From positions 23,844,344 through 23,877,071 of the forward strand of contig NC_069006.1 in the NCBI RefSeq assembly GCF_001194135.2: a stretch of DNA of 32,728 bases, read 5' to 3'. A model generated the notes under the pieces. It worked only from the letters and a program-made list of their open reading frames with translations. It made no database searches and was not told the origin of the DNA. The DNA comes from Octopus bimaculoides. Taxonomy: Eukaryota. This document shows, one piece after another, positions 1-11,358 of the stretch. The translations under genes and the position numbers were made by a program. The stretch's first letter is position 1; each line of letters starts with the position of its first letter.

Positions 1-37
<37 letters not shown>
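1..37. repeat. (TA)n dinucleotide microsatellite, truncated by the window start
   Basis: Uninterrupted TATATA... from 1 to 37. Confidence 0.98.
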
Positions 38-39
<2 letters not shown>

Positions 40-130
40 TAAAAAAGATATAAACAGAAGATCGTTTATGATCTATATATATATATCATGTAAAAAAAGG
101 TAAACAGCGAAGATCGTTCATGATATGTAT
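40..130. repeat. Imperfect ~40-bp direct repeat, two copies ~51 bp apart
   Basis: TAAAAAAGATATAAACAG-AAGATCGTTTATGATCTATAT (40-~80) vs TAAAAAAAGG-TAAACAGCGAAGATCGTTCATGATATGTAT (91-130), separated by a short TA run. Confidence 0.6.
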
Positions 131-344
131 TTAGTAACTAAATCTCTAACTAGTTTCTAAATAAACCCTCCTGCTTTGGTTCCCATTCTATTTGTACTCT
201 GTAACCTCTGCGACTGTGGGGTCCAACCAAATGAAACTCGGCTCACAATACGAGTCTTCTACCCGTTTTCCCTTTCGATATTCCGGAAAACACAAAGATC
301 TAGGTATTGGTTACGTATCGCGTATGTCTATTTACATCGCACTA

Positions 345-412
345 GGCGCATGCGTGGTTATGTGGTTAAGATAGCTTGCTTTGCAACCATGTGATTTCGG
401 GTTCGGTCCCAC
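345..412 (+). mobile_element. Probable tRNA-derived SINE 5' head (or tRNA-Ala-like pseudogene), 3'-truncated and degenerate
   Basis: Pol III A-box-like TGGTTATGTGG (355-365) and B-box-like GGTTCGGTCCC (400-410) at tRNA-like spacing; CTTGC-TTTGCAA-CCATG (375-391) resembles a tRNA-Ala(TGC) anticodon arm but only 3 of 5 stem pairs form and there is no acceptor stem. From memory it resembles the head of an abundant octopod SINE family; this is unverified recall. Confidence 0.55.
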
Positions 413-692
413 GAAATAAGCTAATTAAAACGTGCTTTCGAATTACGTGTATTTACTTTATATACGTATATGAGTTGACAACTTTCTTTTAACATTTCAC
501 TTAACGTCTATGTTCCATTCTGGCATGGGTTTGCAGAGTTATGAATGTAGAAAGTTGGTCTCTCAGCGACTAGCAGCTGAGAACCTGCGTAATCTAGACG
601 TACGTATATTTGTTCGTTAACTCGTTCGTTCGATCGTTCGTTCATTCTTTCGTTCATTCGTACGCACGTACGTTCGTTTGTTCATTCATTCA

Positions 693-767
693 TTCGTTCG
701 TTCGTTCGTTCGTTCGTTCGTTCGTTCGTTCGTTCGTTCGTTCGTTCGTTCGTTCGTTCGTTCGTTC
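693..767 (+). repeat. Perfect (TTCG)n microsatellite, >=18 copies, running into an N-gap
   Basis: Uninterrupted TTCG from 693 to 767; largely pure TTCG resumes shortly after the gap (from ~1116). Confidence 0.97.
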
Positions 768-1109
768 NNNNNNNNNNNNNNNNNNNNNNNNNNNNNNNNN
801 NNNNNNNNNNNNNNNNNNNNNNNNNNNNNNNNNNNNNNNNNNNNNNNNNNNNNNNNNNNNNNNNNNNNNNNNNNNNNNNNNNNNNNNNNNNNNNNNNNNN
901 NNNNNNNNNNNNNNNNNNNNNNNNNNNNNNNNNNNNNNNNNNNNNNNNNNNNNNNNNNNNNNNNNNNNNNNNNNNNNNNNNNNNNNNNNNNNNNNNNNNN
1001 NNNNNNNNNNNNNNNNNNNNNNNNNNNNNNNNNNNNNNNNNNNNNNNNNNNNNNNNNNNNNNNNNNNNNNNNNNNNNNNNNNNNNNNNNNNNNNNNNNNN
1101 NNNNNNNNN
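768..1109. other. Assembly gap (342 N)
   Basis: N run flanked by near-pure TTCG repeats. Confidence 0.99.
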
Positions 1110-2431
1110 CGTACGTTCGTTCGTTCGTTCGTTCGTTCGTTCGTTCGTTCGTTTGTTCGTTCGTTCGTTTGTTCCTTTGCTCGTTCGTTCGTTCGTTCGT
1201 TCGTTCGTTCTTTCGTTCGTTCGTATGTACGTACTTACGTTCGTTCGTTCATTCGTTTCTTCGTTCGTTCGTTTGTACGTTCGTTCGTTCCTTCGGTCGT
1301 ACGTACGTACGTACGTTCATTCGTTTGTTCGTTCGTTCGTACGTTCGTTCGTTCGTTCGTTCGTTCGTTCGTTCGTTCGTTTGTTCATACGTACGTTCTT
1401 TCGTTAATTCGTGCCTACGTACGTACGTTCGTTCGATCGTTCGTTCGATCGTTCGTTCGTACGTACGTTCGTTCGATCGTTCATTCGTACGTACTTACGT
1501 TCGTTCATTCGTTCGTTCGTTTGTTCGTTCGTTGGTTCTTTCGTGCGTACGTACGTACGTTCGTTTGTTCGTTAGTTCGTTGGTTCAATCGTTCATTCGT
1601 TCGCTCGTTCATTCGTTCGTTCGTACTTACGTTCGTTCGTACGTACGTTCGTTCGTACGTACGTTTGTTCGTTAATTCGTTCGTTCGTAAATTCTTTCGT
1701 TCGTTCGCTCGTACGTACGTTTATTTGGTCGTTCGTCCGTTCGTTCTTACGTTCGTTCGTTCGTCCATTCGTTCGTTCGCTTGTACGTACGTACGTTCTT
1801 TCCTTATTTCTTGCCTACGTAATACGTACGTACGTACGTTGTTCGTTCGATCGTTCTTTCATTCGATCGTTCTGTCATTCGATCTTTCGTTCGTTCGTAC
1901 GTACGTTCGTTCATTCATTCATTCGTTCGTTCATTGGAACGTACATTCGTTTGTTCTTTTGCTCGTTCGTTCATACGTTCGTTCGTCGTTCATTCATTCG
2001 TTCGTTCGTTCGTACGTTCGTTCGTTCGTTCGTACATACGTACGTACGTTCGTATATACGTACTATGTTCGTACATACGTACGTACATTTGTTCGATCGT
2101 ACGTACGTACGTTCGTTCTTACGTACGTTCGTTCGTTCGTTCGTCCGTTTGATCGTTTGTACGAACGTACGTTCGTTCATTCATTCATTCGTTCGTTCGT
2201 ACGTACATACGTACGTACGTTCGTATACACCTACGTACGTTCGTACATACGTACGTACATTTGTTCATTCGTACGTACGTACATACGTTCGTTCGTCGTT
2301 CGTTCGTACATTCGTTCGAACGTACGATCGTTCGTTCGTTCGTACGTACGTACGTTTGTTCGTTAAATCGTTCGTTCGTTCGTACGTACGTACGTTTGCT
2401 CGTTAAATCGTTCGTCCGTTCGTTCGTTCGT

Positions 2432-2640
2432 ACGAACGTACGTACAATCGAACGTGCGTACGAAGGAATAAATGAATGTACGTACGCACGAAAGAACCAA
2501 CGAACGAACAAACGAACAAACAAACGAACGAACGTACGTACGAACGAAAGAACGAACGCACGTACGAATGTACGTACGAACGTACGTACGAACGAACGAA
2601 CGTACGTACGAACGAACGAACGTACGTACGACCGAACGTA
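2432..2640 (-). repeat. Satellite orientation block 2: ~210-bp inverted segment (CGAA on + strand)
   Basis: A-rich AACG tetramers; CGCACGAAAGAACCAA (2485-2500) is the reverse complement of TTGGTTCTTTCGTGCG at 1532-1547 and 2989-3004. The right boundary is only localised to 2639-2650. Confidence 0.9.
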
Positions 2641-5528
2641 GGTACGTGCGTTCGTACATACGTACGTACATTCGTACATACGTTCGTTTGTTCGTTCGTT
2701 CGTACGTACGTACGTACGTTCGTTCGTACGTACGTACGTACGTTCGTTCGTCGTTCGTTCATACGTTCGTTCGTACGTACGTTCGTTTGTTCGTACGTAC
2801 GTACGTTTGTTCGTTAAAGCGTTCGGTCGTTCGTTCGTACGTACGTTCGATCGTTCGTTTTTTCGTACCTACGTACGTTCGTTCGTAGTACGGTCTTTCG
2901 TTATTTTGTGCCTACGTACGTAGGTACGTTCGTTCGTTCATTCGTACGTACTTACGTTCGCTCATTTGTTCGTTCCTTTGTTCGTTCGTTGGTTCTTTCG
3001 TGCGTACGTATGTACGTTCCTTTGTTCGTTAGCTCGTTCATTAATTCGTACGTACGTCCGTTCGTACGTACGTACATATGTAAGTTCGTTCGTTCGTTTG
3101 TTCATTCGTTCGTTCGTACGTACGTACGTTCGTTCGTCGTTCGTTCGTAGTACGTTCATTCGTTCTTAAGTAAGTACGTACGTACGTTCGTTCGATCGAT
3201 CGTTTGTTCGTACGTTCGTTCGTTCGTCCGTTCGTACGCACGTTCTTTCGTTATTTCGTGCCTACGTACGTACGTTCGTACGTTAGTTCGTTCATTCGTT
3301 CGTACGTACGTTCGTTCTACGTACGTTTGTACGTACGTTCGTTCGTACGTACGTTCGTTCATACGTCCGTTTATTCATTCGTCCGTTTGATCGTTCGTAC
3401 GTCGAGCGTTCGTAAGTACGTACGTTCGTTCGGACGTTCGTTCGTTCATACGTCCGTTTATTCATTCGTTCGTTCGTTCGTTCGTACGCACGTTCGTTCG
3501 TACGTACATTCGTTCGTACGTAGATCGTTCGTTCGGCCGTTTAATCTTTCGAACGTACGTACGTTCGTTCATTCATTCATTCGTTCGTTCGTTCTTTCGT
3601 TAATTCTATCGTTCGATACTACATTCGTACGTATGTACGTAGGTACGCTCGTTCTGTCGTTCATTCGTTCGTACGTTCGTTCGTTCGTACGTACGTACGT
3701 ACGTTCGTACATAGGTACGTACGTTAGTTAGTTCGTACGTTTGTTCATCGGTCGTTCGTAGGTTCGTTCGAACGTACGTTCGTTCTTTCGTACGTACGAA
3801 CGTACATTTTTTTCGTTAAATCGTTAAATCGTTCGTACCTACGTACATACGTACGTAGGTTGGTTCGTTCGTAGTACGGACGTTCGTTCGTCGTTCGTTC
3901 GTAGGTACGTTCGTTCATTCGTACGTACGTACGTACGTACGTTCGTTCGTTCGTACGTACGTTCTTACGTTATTTCGTGCGTACGTAGTTACCTACGTTC
4001 GTACTACGTACGTTCGTACTACGTACGTTCGTTCGTAATATGTACGTACGTTCGTTCGTTCGTAAGTATGTACGCACGTTCGTTCCTTCGTTCGATCGTA
4101 CGTACGTACGTACGTACGTACGTTTGTACGTACGCACGTTCGTACGTTCGTTCGTTCGTACGTACGCATGTACGTAGTTCGTTCGTATGTACGTTCCTTC
4201 GTACGTACGTACGTTTGTTTGTTAAATCATTCGTTCATTTCTTCGTATGTACGTACGTTCGTTCGTTCGTACGTTCGTTCTTTCGTACCTACGTACATAC
4301 GTACGTACGTTCGTACATACGTACGTACGTTGGTTCGTTCGTACGTACGTACGTTGGTTCGTTCGTAGTACGTACCTTCGTTCGTCGTTCGTTCGTAAGT
4401 ACGTTCGTTCTTTCGTACGTTCGTACGTACGTTCGTTTACGTACGTTCGTTCGTTCGTGCGTACGTTCTTACGTTATTTCGTGCCTACGTAGTTACGTAC
4501 GTTCGTTCGTTAGTTCGTTCGTACGTACGTTCGTGCTACGTACGTTCGTACTACGTAGGTTCGTACTACGTACGTTCGTTCGTTCATTTGTACGTACGTT
4601 CGTTCGTTCGTCCGATTGATCGTTCGAACGTACGTACGCTCGTTCATTTATTCGTTCGTTCGATCGCTCGTCAATTCTTTCGTTTGTTCGTTAATTCTTT
4701 CGTTCGTTACTTCATTCGTACGTACGTAAGTACGCTCGTTCGTTAGTTCGTACGTGCGTACGTTCGTTCGTACGTACGGACGCATGTACGTAGTTCGTAT
4801 GTACGTTCCTTCGTACGTACGTACGTTTGATCATTAAACCATTCGTTCATTCGTTCGTATGTACGTACGTTCGTTCGTTCGTACGTTCGTTCGTACCTAC
4901 GTACGTTCGTTCATTCATTCGTTCGTTCGTTCGTTCGTTAATTCTTTCGTTCGTTCGTTAATTCTTTCGTTCGTTCGTACTACTTACGCTCGTTCGTACT
5001 ACGTATGTTCTTTCGTACTACGAACGTCCGTTCGTTCGTACGTGTGTACGCCCGTTCGTTCCTTCGTTCGATCGTACGTACGTACGTTCGTTCTAACTTA
5101 CGTTTGTACGTACGCACGTTCGTTCGTTTGATCATTCGTACGTACGTTCTTTCATTCATTCATTCGTTCGTTCGTTTGTTTGAACGTACGTTCGTTCGTT
5201 CGTACGTTTGATCGTTCGTACGTACGTACGTTCGCTCATTTATTCGTTCGTTCGTTCGTTCTTTCGTTAATTCTTTCGTCCGTTACTACATTCGTACGTA
5301 TGTACGTATGTACGCTCGTTCTTTCGTTCGTTCGTACGTTCGTTCGCTCGTACGTACGTACGTACGTACATTCGTTCGTTCGCACGTTAATTCTTTCGTT
5401 TGTTCGTTAATTCTTTCGTTCGTTACTTCATTCGTACGTACGTAAGTACGCTCGTTCGTTAGTTCGTACGTACGTACGCATGTACGAAGTTCGTCTGTAT
5501 GTACGTTCCTTCGTACGTACGTTCGTTC
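2641..5528 (+). repeat. Satellite orientation block 3 (TTCG on + strand)
   Basis: T-rich tetramers; first intact core markers at 4707 and 5423; ends at ...GTTCGTTC|AAACGGAC. Confidence 0.92.
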
Positions 5529-6530
5529 AAACGGACGAACGAACAAACGTACCTACAAACACACGAACGAATGAATGAATGAATGAAAGAACGTGCGTAT
5601 GAATGATCAAACGAACGAACGAACGAACGTGCGTACGTACAAACGTAAGTAAGAACAAACGTACGTAAGTACGATCGAACGAAGGAATGAACGAGCGTAC
5701 AAACGTACGAACGAACGAACGTACGTAGTACGAACGAACGTACGTAGTACGAACGAACGTACGTACATAGTACTAACGAACGTACGCAGTACGAACGTAC
5801 GTAGCAGGAACGTACGTACGAACGAACTAACGAACGAACGTGCGTAACTACGTAGGCACGAAATAACGTAAGAACGTACGTACGAACGAACGAACGTACG
5901 TAAACGAACGTACGTACGTACGTACAAACGAACGAACGTACTTACGAACGAACGACGAACGAAGGTACGTACTACGAACGAACCAACGTACGTACGTACG
6001 AACGAACGAACGTACGTACGTATGTACGAACGTACGTACGTATGTACGTAGGTACGAACGAACGAATGTACGTACATACGAACGAATGAACGAATGATTT
6101 AACGAACAAACGTACGTACGTACGAAGGAACGTACATACGAACGAACTACGTACATGCGTACGTACGAACGAACGAACGTACATACGTACGAACTAACTT
6201 ACGAGCGTACTTACGTACGTACGAATGAAGTAACGAACGAAGGAATTAACGAACGAACGAAGGAACGAACGAATGAATAAACGAACGTACGTACGTACGA
6301 ACGATCCAACGGACGAACGAACGAACGTACGTACAAACAAACGAACGAACGAATGAATGAAAGACCGTACGTACGAATGATCAAATGAACGAACGAACGA
6401 ACGTGCGTACGTACAAACGTAAGTAAGAACGAACGTACGTACGTACGATCGAACGAAGGAACGAACGAGCGTACATACGTACGAACGAACGAACGTACGT
6501 AGTACGAACGAACGTAAGTAGTACGAATGT

Positions 6531-6604
6531 ACGTCGTACGAACGTACGTCGTACGAACGTACGTCGTACGAACGTACGTCGTACGAACGTACGTCGTACG
6601 AACG
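6531..6604 (-). repeat. 15-bp minisatellite (ACGTCGTACGAACGT) x ~5
   Basis: Exact copies at 6531, 6546, 6561, 6576 and a near-complete copy at 6591. Confidence 0.92.
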
Positions 6605-7619
6605 AACGTACGTACATAGTACGAACGAACGTACGTAGTACGAACGTACGTAACTACGTAGCCAAGAAATAACTTAAGAACGTACGTACGAACGAACGAA
6701 CGTACGTACGTACGTACGAACGTACGAACGTACCTACGAACGAACGACGAATGAACGTACGTACTACGAACGAAACAACATACGTACGTACGAACGAACC
6801 AACATACGTACGTACGAACGAACGAACGTACGTACGTATGTACGTATGTACGAACGATTTAACGATTTAACGAAAAAACGTACGTTCCTACGTACGAAAG
6901 AAAGAACGTACGTACGAACGAACCTACGAACGAACGATGAACAAACGTACGAACTAACGAACGAACGTACCGATGTACGAACGTACGTACGAACGTACGT
7001 ACGACCGTACGTACGTACGTACGTACGTACGTACGAGCGAACGAACGTACGTACGAACGAACGAAGGAACGAGCGTCCATACGTACATACGTTCGAATGT
7101 AGTAACGAACGAAAGAATTAACGAAAGAACGAACGAACGAACGAATAAATGAACGAACGTACGTGCGTACGAACGATCAAACGGACGAACGAACGTACGT
7201 ACAAACAAACGAACGAACGAATGAATGAATGAAAGAACGTACGTACGAATGATCAAGCGAACGAACGTACGTACATAGTACGAACGAACGTACGTAGTAC
7301 GAACGTACGTAGCACGAACGTACGTAACTAAGTAGGCAGGAAATAACGTAAGAACGTACGTACGAACGAACGTACATACGTACGAACTAACAAACGAGCG
7401 TACTTACGTACGTACGAATGAAGTAACGAACGAAAGAATTAACGAACGAACGAACGAACGAATGAAAGAATGAACGTACATACGTACGAACGATCCAACG
7501 GACGAACGAACGAACATACGTACAAACAATCGAACGAACGTACTTAGTACGAACGTACGTACATACGAACGAATGAACGAATGATTTAACGAACAAACGT
7601 ACTACGTACGAAGGAACGA

Positions 7620-7656
7620 NNNNNNNNNNNNNNNNNNNNNNNNNNNNNNNNNNNNN
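7620..7656. other. Assembly gap (37 N) with duplicated flanks
   Basis: N run; 7280-7619 is repeated at 7657-7996. Confidence 0.99.
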
Positions 7657-9700
7657 ACGAACGAACGTACGTAGTACGAACGTACGTAGCACGAACGTAC
7701 GTAACTAAGTAGGCAGGAAATAACGTAAGAACGTACGTACGAACGAACGTACATACGTACGAACTAACAAACGAGCGTACTTACGTACGTACGAATGAAG
7801 TAACGAACGAAAGAATTAACGAACGAACGAACGAACGAATGAAAGAATGAACGTACATACGTACGAACGATCCAACGGACGAACGAACGAACATACGTAC
7901 AAACAATCGAACGAACGTACTTAGTACGAACGTACGTACATACGAACGAATGAACGAATGATTTAACGAACAAACGTACTACGTACGAAGGAACGAACAT
8001 ACGAACGAACTACGTACATGCGTACGTACGTACGAACGTACGAACTAACGAACGAGCTTAATTACGTACGTACGAATGAAATAACGAACGAAAGAATTAA
8101 CGAACAAACAAAAGAATTAACGAGCGAACGAACGAACGAATAAATGAACGAACGTACGTATGTAGGAACGATCAATCGGGCGAATGAACGAACCTACGTA
8201 CAAACAATCGAACGAACGTACGTAGTACGAACGTACGTAGCACGAACGTACGTACGAACGAACTAACGAACGTACGTAACTACGTAGGCACGAAATAATG
8301 TAAGAACGTACGTACGAACGAACGAACGTACGTAAACGAACGTACGTACGTACGTACGAAAGAACGAACGTACTTACGAACGAACGACGAACGAAGGTAC
8401 GTACTGCAAACGAACCAACGTACGTACGTACGAACGAACGAACGAACGTACGTACGTACGAACTAACGAACGAGCGTACTTACGTACGTACGAATGAAGT
8501 AACGAACGAAAGAATTAACGAACGAACGAACGTACGTACGTATGTACGAAAGTACGTACGTATGTACGTAGGTACGAACGAGCGAACGTACGAACGAACG
8601 AACGTACGTACATACGAACGAATGAACGAATGATTTAACGAACAAACGTACGTACGTACGAAGAAACGTACATAAGAACGAACTACGTACACGCATACGT
8701 ACGTAAGCACGAACGTACGCACGTACGCACGTACGAACTAACGAACGAGCGTACTTACGTACGTACGAATGAAGTAACGAACGAAAGAATCAACGAACAA
8801 ACGAAAGAATTAACGAACGAACGAACGAACGATCGTACGTACGAATAAACGAAAGAACGATTGTACGTACGAACAAACGAAAGAACGAAGGAACGTACGT
8901 AGTACGAACGAACGTACGTACGTAGGAATGAATAAAAGAACTAACGAACAAATGAACGTACGTACGCACGAAAGAAGCAACGAACGAACAAACGAACGAA
9001 CAAATGAACGAACGTAAGTACGAACGAACGTACGTACGAACGAATGATAGGACGAACGAACGTACGTACGTACGCAGGCATGAAATAACGAAAGAACGTA
9101 CGTACGAACGAACTTACTACGTACGGACAAACAAACGAACGTACGTACGTACAAACGACCAAACGAACGATTTAACGAACAAACGTACGTACGTACGTAC
9201 GTACTACGTTCGAACGAACTACGTACGTACGAACGAACTAACGTACGTACGTATGTACGTCCGTAAGAATGAACGAACGTACGAACGAACGAACGTACGT
9301 ACATACGAACGAAAGAACGAATGATTTAACGAACAAACGTACGTACGTATGAAGGAACGTACATACGAACGAACTACGTAATGCGTACGTACGTACGAAC
9401 GAACGTACGTCGTACGCATGTACGAACTAACGAACGAGCGTACTTACGTACGTACGAATGAAGTAACGAACGAAAGAATTAACGAACAAACGAAAGAATT
9501 AACGAACGAACGAACGAACGAATAAATGAATGAACGTACGTACGTACGAACGATCAAACAGACGAACGAACGTACGTACAAACAAATGAACGAACGAATG
9601 AATAAATGAAAGAACGTACGTACGAATGATCAAACGAACGAACGAACGAACGAGCGTACATACGTACGAACGAACGTACGTCGTAGGAACGTACATACGT

Positions 9701-9791
9701 AGTACGAACGTACGTAGTACGAACGTACGTAGTACGAACTTACGTAGTACGAACGTACGTAGTACGAACGTACGTAGTACGAACGTACGTA
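9701..9791 (-). repeat. 15-bp minisatellite (AGTACGAACGTACGT) x >=6, running into an N-gap
   Basis: Copies at 9701, 9716, 9731 (one substitution), 9746, 9761, 9776. Confidence 0.92.
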
Positions 9792-9915
9792 NNNNNNNNN
9801 NNNNNNNNNNNNNNNNNNNNNNNNNNNNNNNNNNNNNNNNNNNNNNNNNNNNNNNNNNNNNNNNNNNNNNNNNNNNNNNNNNNNNNNNNNNNNNNNNNNN
9901 NNNNNNNNNNNNNNN
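9792..9915. other. Assembly gap (124 N)
   Basis: N run following the 15-bp minisatellite. Confidence 0.99.
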
Positions 9916-9960
9916 ACGTACGTACATACGAACGAATGAACGAATGATTTAACGAACAAA

Positions 9961-10020
9961 CGTACGTATGTACGAAGAAACGTACGTACGTACGAAGAAA
10001 CGTACGTACGTACGAAGAAA
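9961..10020 (-). repeat. 20-bp tandem repeat (CGTACGTACGTACGAAGAAA) x3
   Basis: Three copies, the first with one C>T change. Confidence 0.88.
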
Positions 10021-10284
10021 CGTACATAAGAACGAACTACGTACATGCATACGTACGTACGAACGAACGTACGCACGTACGAACTAACGAACGAAAGAAA
10101 CAACGAACAAACGAAAGAATTAACGAACGAACGAACGAACGATCGTACGTACGAACAAACGAAAGAACGATCGTACGTACGAACAAACGAACGAACGAAG
10201 GAACGTACGTAGCACGAACGAACGTACGTACGTAGGATCGAATAAACGAACTAACGAACAAATGAACGTACGTAAGCACGAAAG

Positions 10285-10294
10285 NNNNNNNNNN
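10285..10294. other. Assembly gap (10 N) with duplicated flanks
   Basis: N run; 10204-10284 is repeated at 10295-10375. Confidence 0.99.
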
Positions 10295-11348
10295 CGTACG
10301 TAGCACGAACGAACGTACGTACGTAGGATCGAATAAACGAACTAACGAACAAATGAACGTACGTAAGCACGAAAGCAGCAACGAACGAACAAACAAACGA
10401 ACGAATGAACGAACATAAGTACGAACGAACGAACGTACGTACGTACGCAGGCACGAAATAACGAAAGAACGTACGTACGAACGAACTTACGTACGTGCGG
10501 ACAAACAAACGAACGTACGTACGTACAAACGACCGAACGAACGATTTAACGAACAAACGTAAGTATATTCGAATGAACGAACGTACGTACGTACTATGTT
10601 CGAACGAACGTACGTACGTACGAACGAACGAACGTACGTACGTATGTACGAACGTACGTACGTATGTACGTACGTAAGAACGAACGAACGTACCAACGAA
10701 CGACGTACGTACATACGAACGAAAGAACGAATGATTTAACGAACAAACCTACGTACGTATGAAGGAACGTACATACGAACGAACTACGTACATGCGTACA
10801 TACGTACGAACGAACGTACGTCGTACGCACGTACGAACTAACGAACGAGCGTACTTACGTACGTACGAATGAAGTAAAGAACGAAAGAATTAACGAACAA
10901 ACAAAAGAATTAACGAACGAACGAACGAATAAATGAATGAACGTACGTACGTACGAACGATCAAACAGACGAACGAACGTAAGTAGTACGAACGTACGTC
11001 GTAGGAACGTACTTACGTAGTACGAACGAACGTACGTAGTACGAACGTACGTAGCACGAACGTACGTACGAACGAACTAAAGAATGAACGTACGTAACTA
11101 AGTAGGCAGGAAATAACGTAAGAACGTACGTACGAACGAACGAACGTACCTACGAACGAACGACGAACGAACGTACGTACTACAAACGAACCAACGTACG
11201 TACGTACGAACGAACGAACGTACGTACGTACGAACTAACGAACGAGCGTACTTACGTACGTACGAATGAAGTGACGAACGAAAGAATTAACGAACGAACG
11301 AACGAACGAACGTACGTACGTATGTACGAAAGTACGTACGTATGTACG

Positions 11349-11358
11349 NNNNNNNNNN
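11349..11358. other. Assembly gap (10 N) with duplicated flanks
   Basis: N run; 11177-11348 is repeated at 11359-11530. Confidence 0.99.

Larger units (their letters stand above)
598..2431 (+). repeat. Satellite orientation block 1 (TTCG on + strand), degenerate array margin
   Basis: T-rich TTCG/TACG tetramers on + strand; the 40-bp core marker is absent here. Confidence 0.9.

Noticed and set aside
68-89. Imperfect palindrome ATGAT-(TA)n-ATCAT
   Set aside because: Mostly explained by the self-complementary TA run.
176-394. Two short ORFs in the unique flank (176-394 and 192-374)
   Set aside because: 60-72 aa, overlapping in different frames, no recognisable motif, and running into the SINE-like segment; expected by chance.
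345-412. Functional tRNA-Ala gene
   Set aside because: The anticodon stem has two mismatches, the T-loop lacks the conserved A (GTTCGGT), and no acceptor stem can form.
561-582. 7-bp stem hairpin TCTCAGC-N8-GCTGAGA just before the array
   Set aside because: Short enough to occur by chance; no U-tract or other supporting context.
345-600. SINE Pol III promoter driving transcription into the satellite
   Set aside because: The promoter boxes are degenerate, and a TTTT Pol III terminator signal lies at 487-490, before the array begins.
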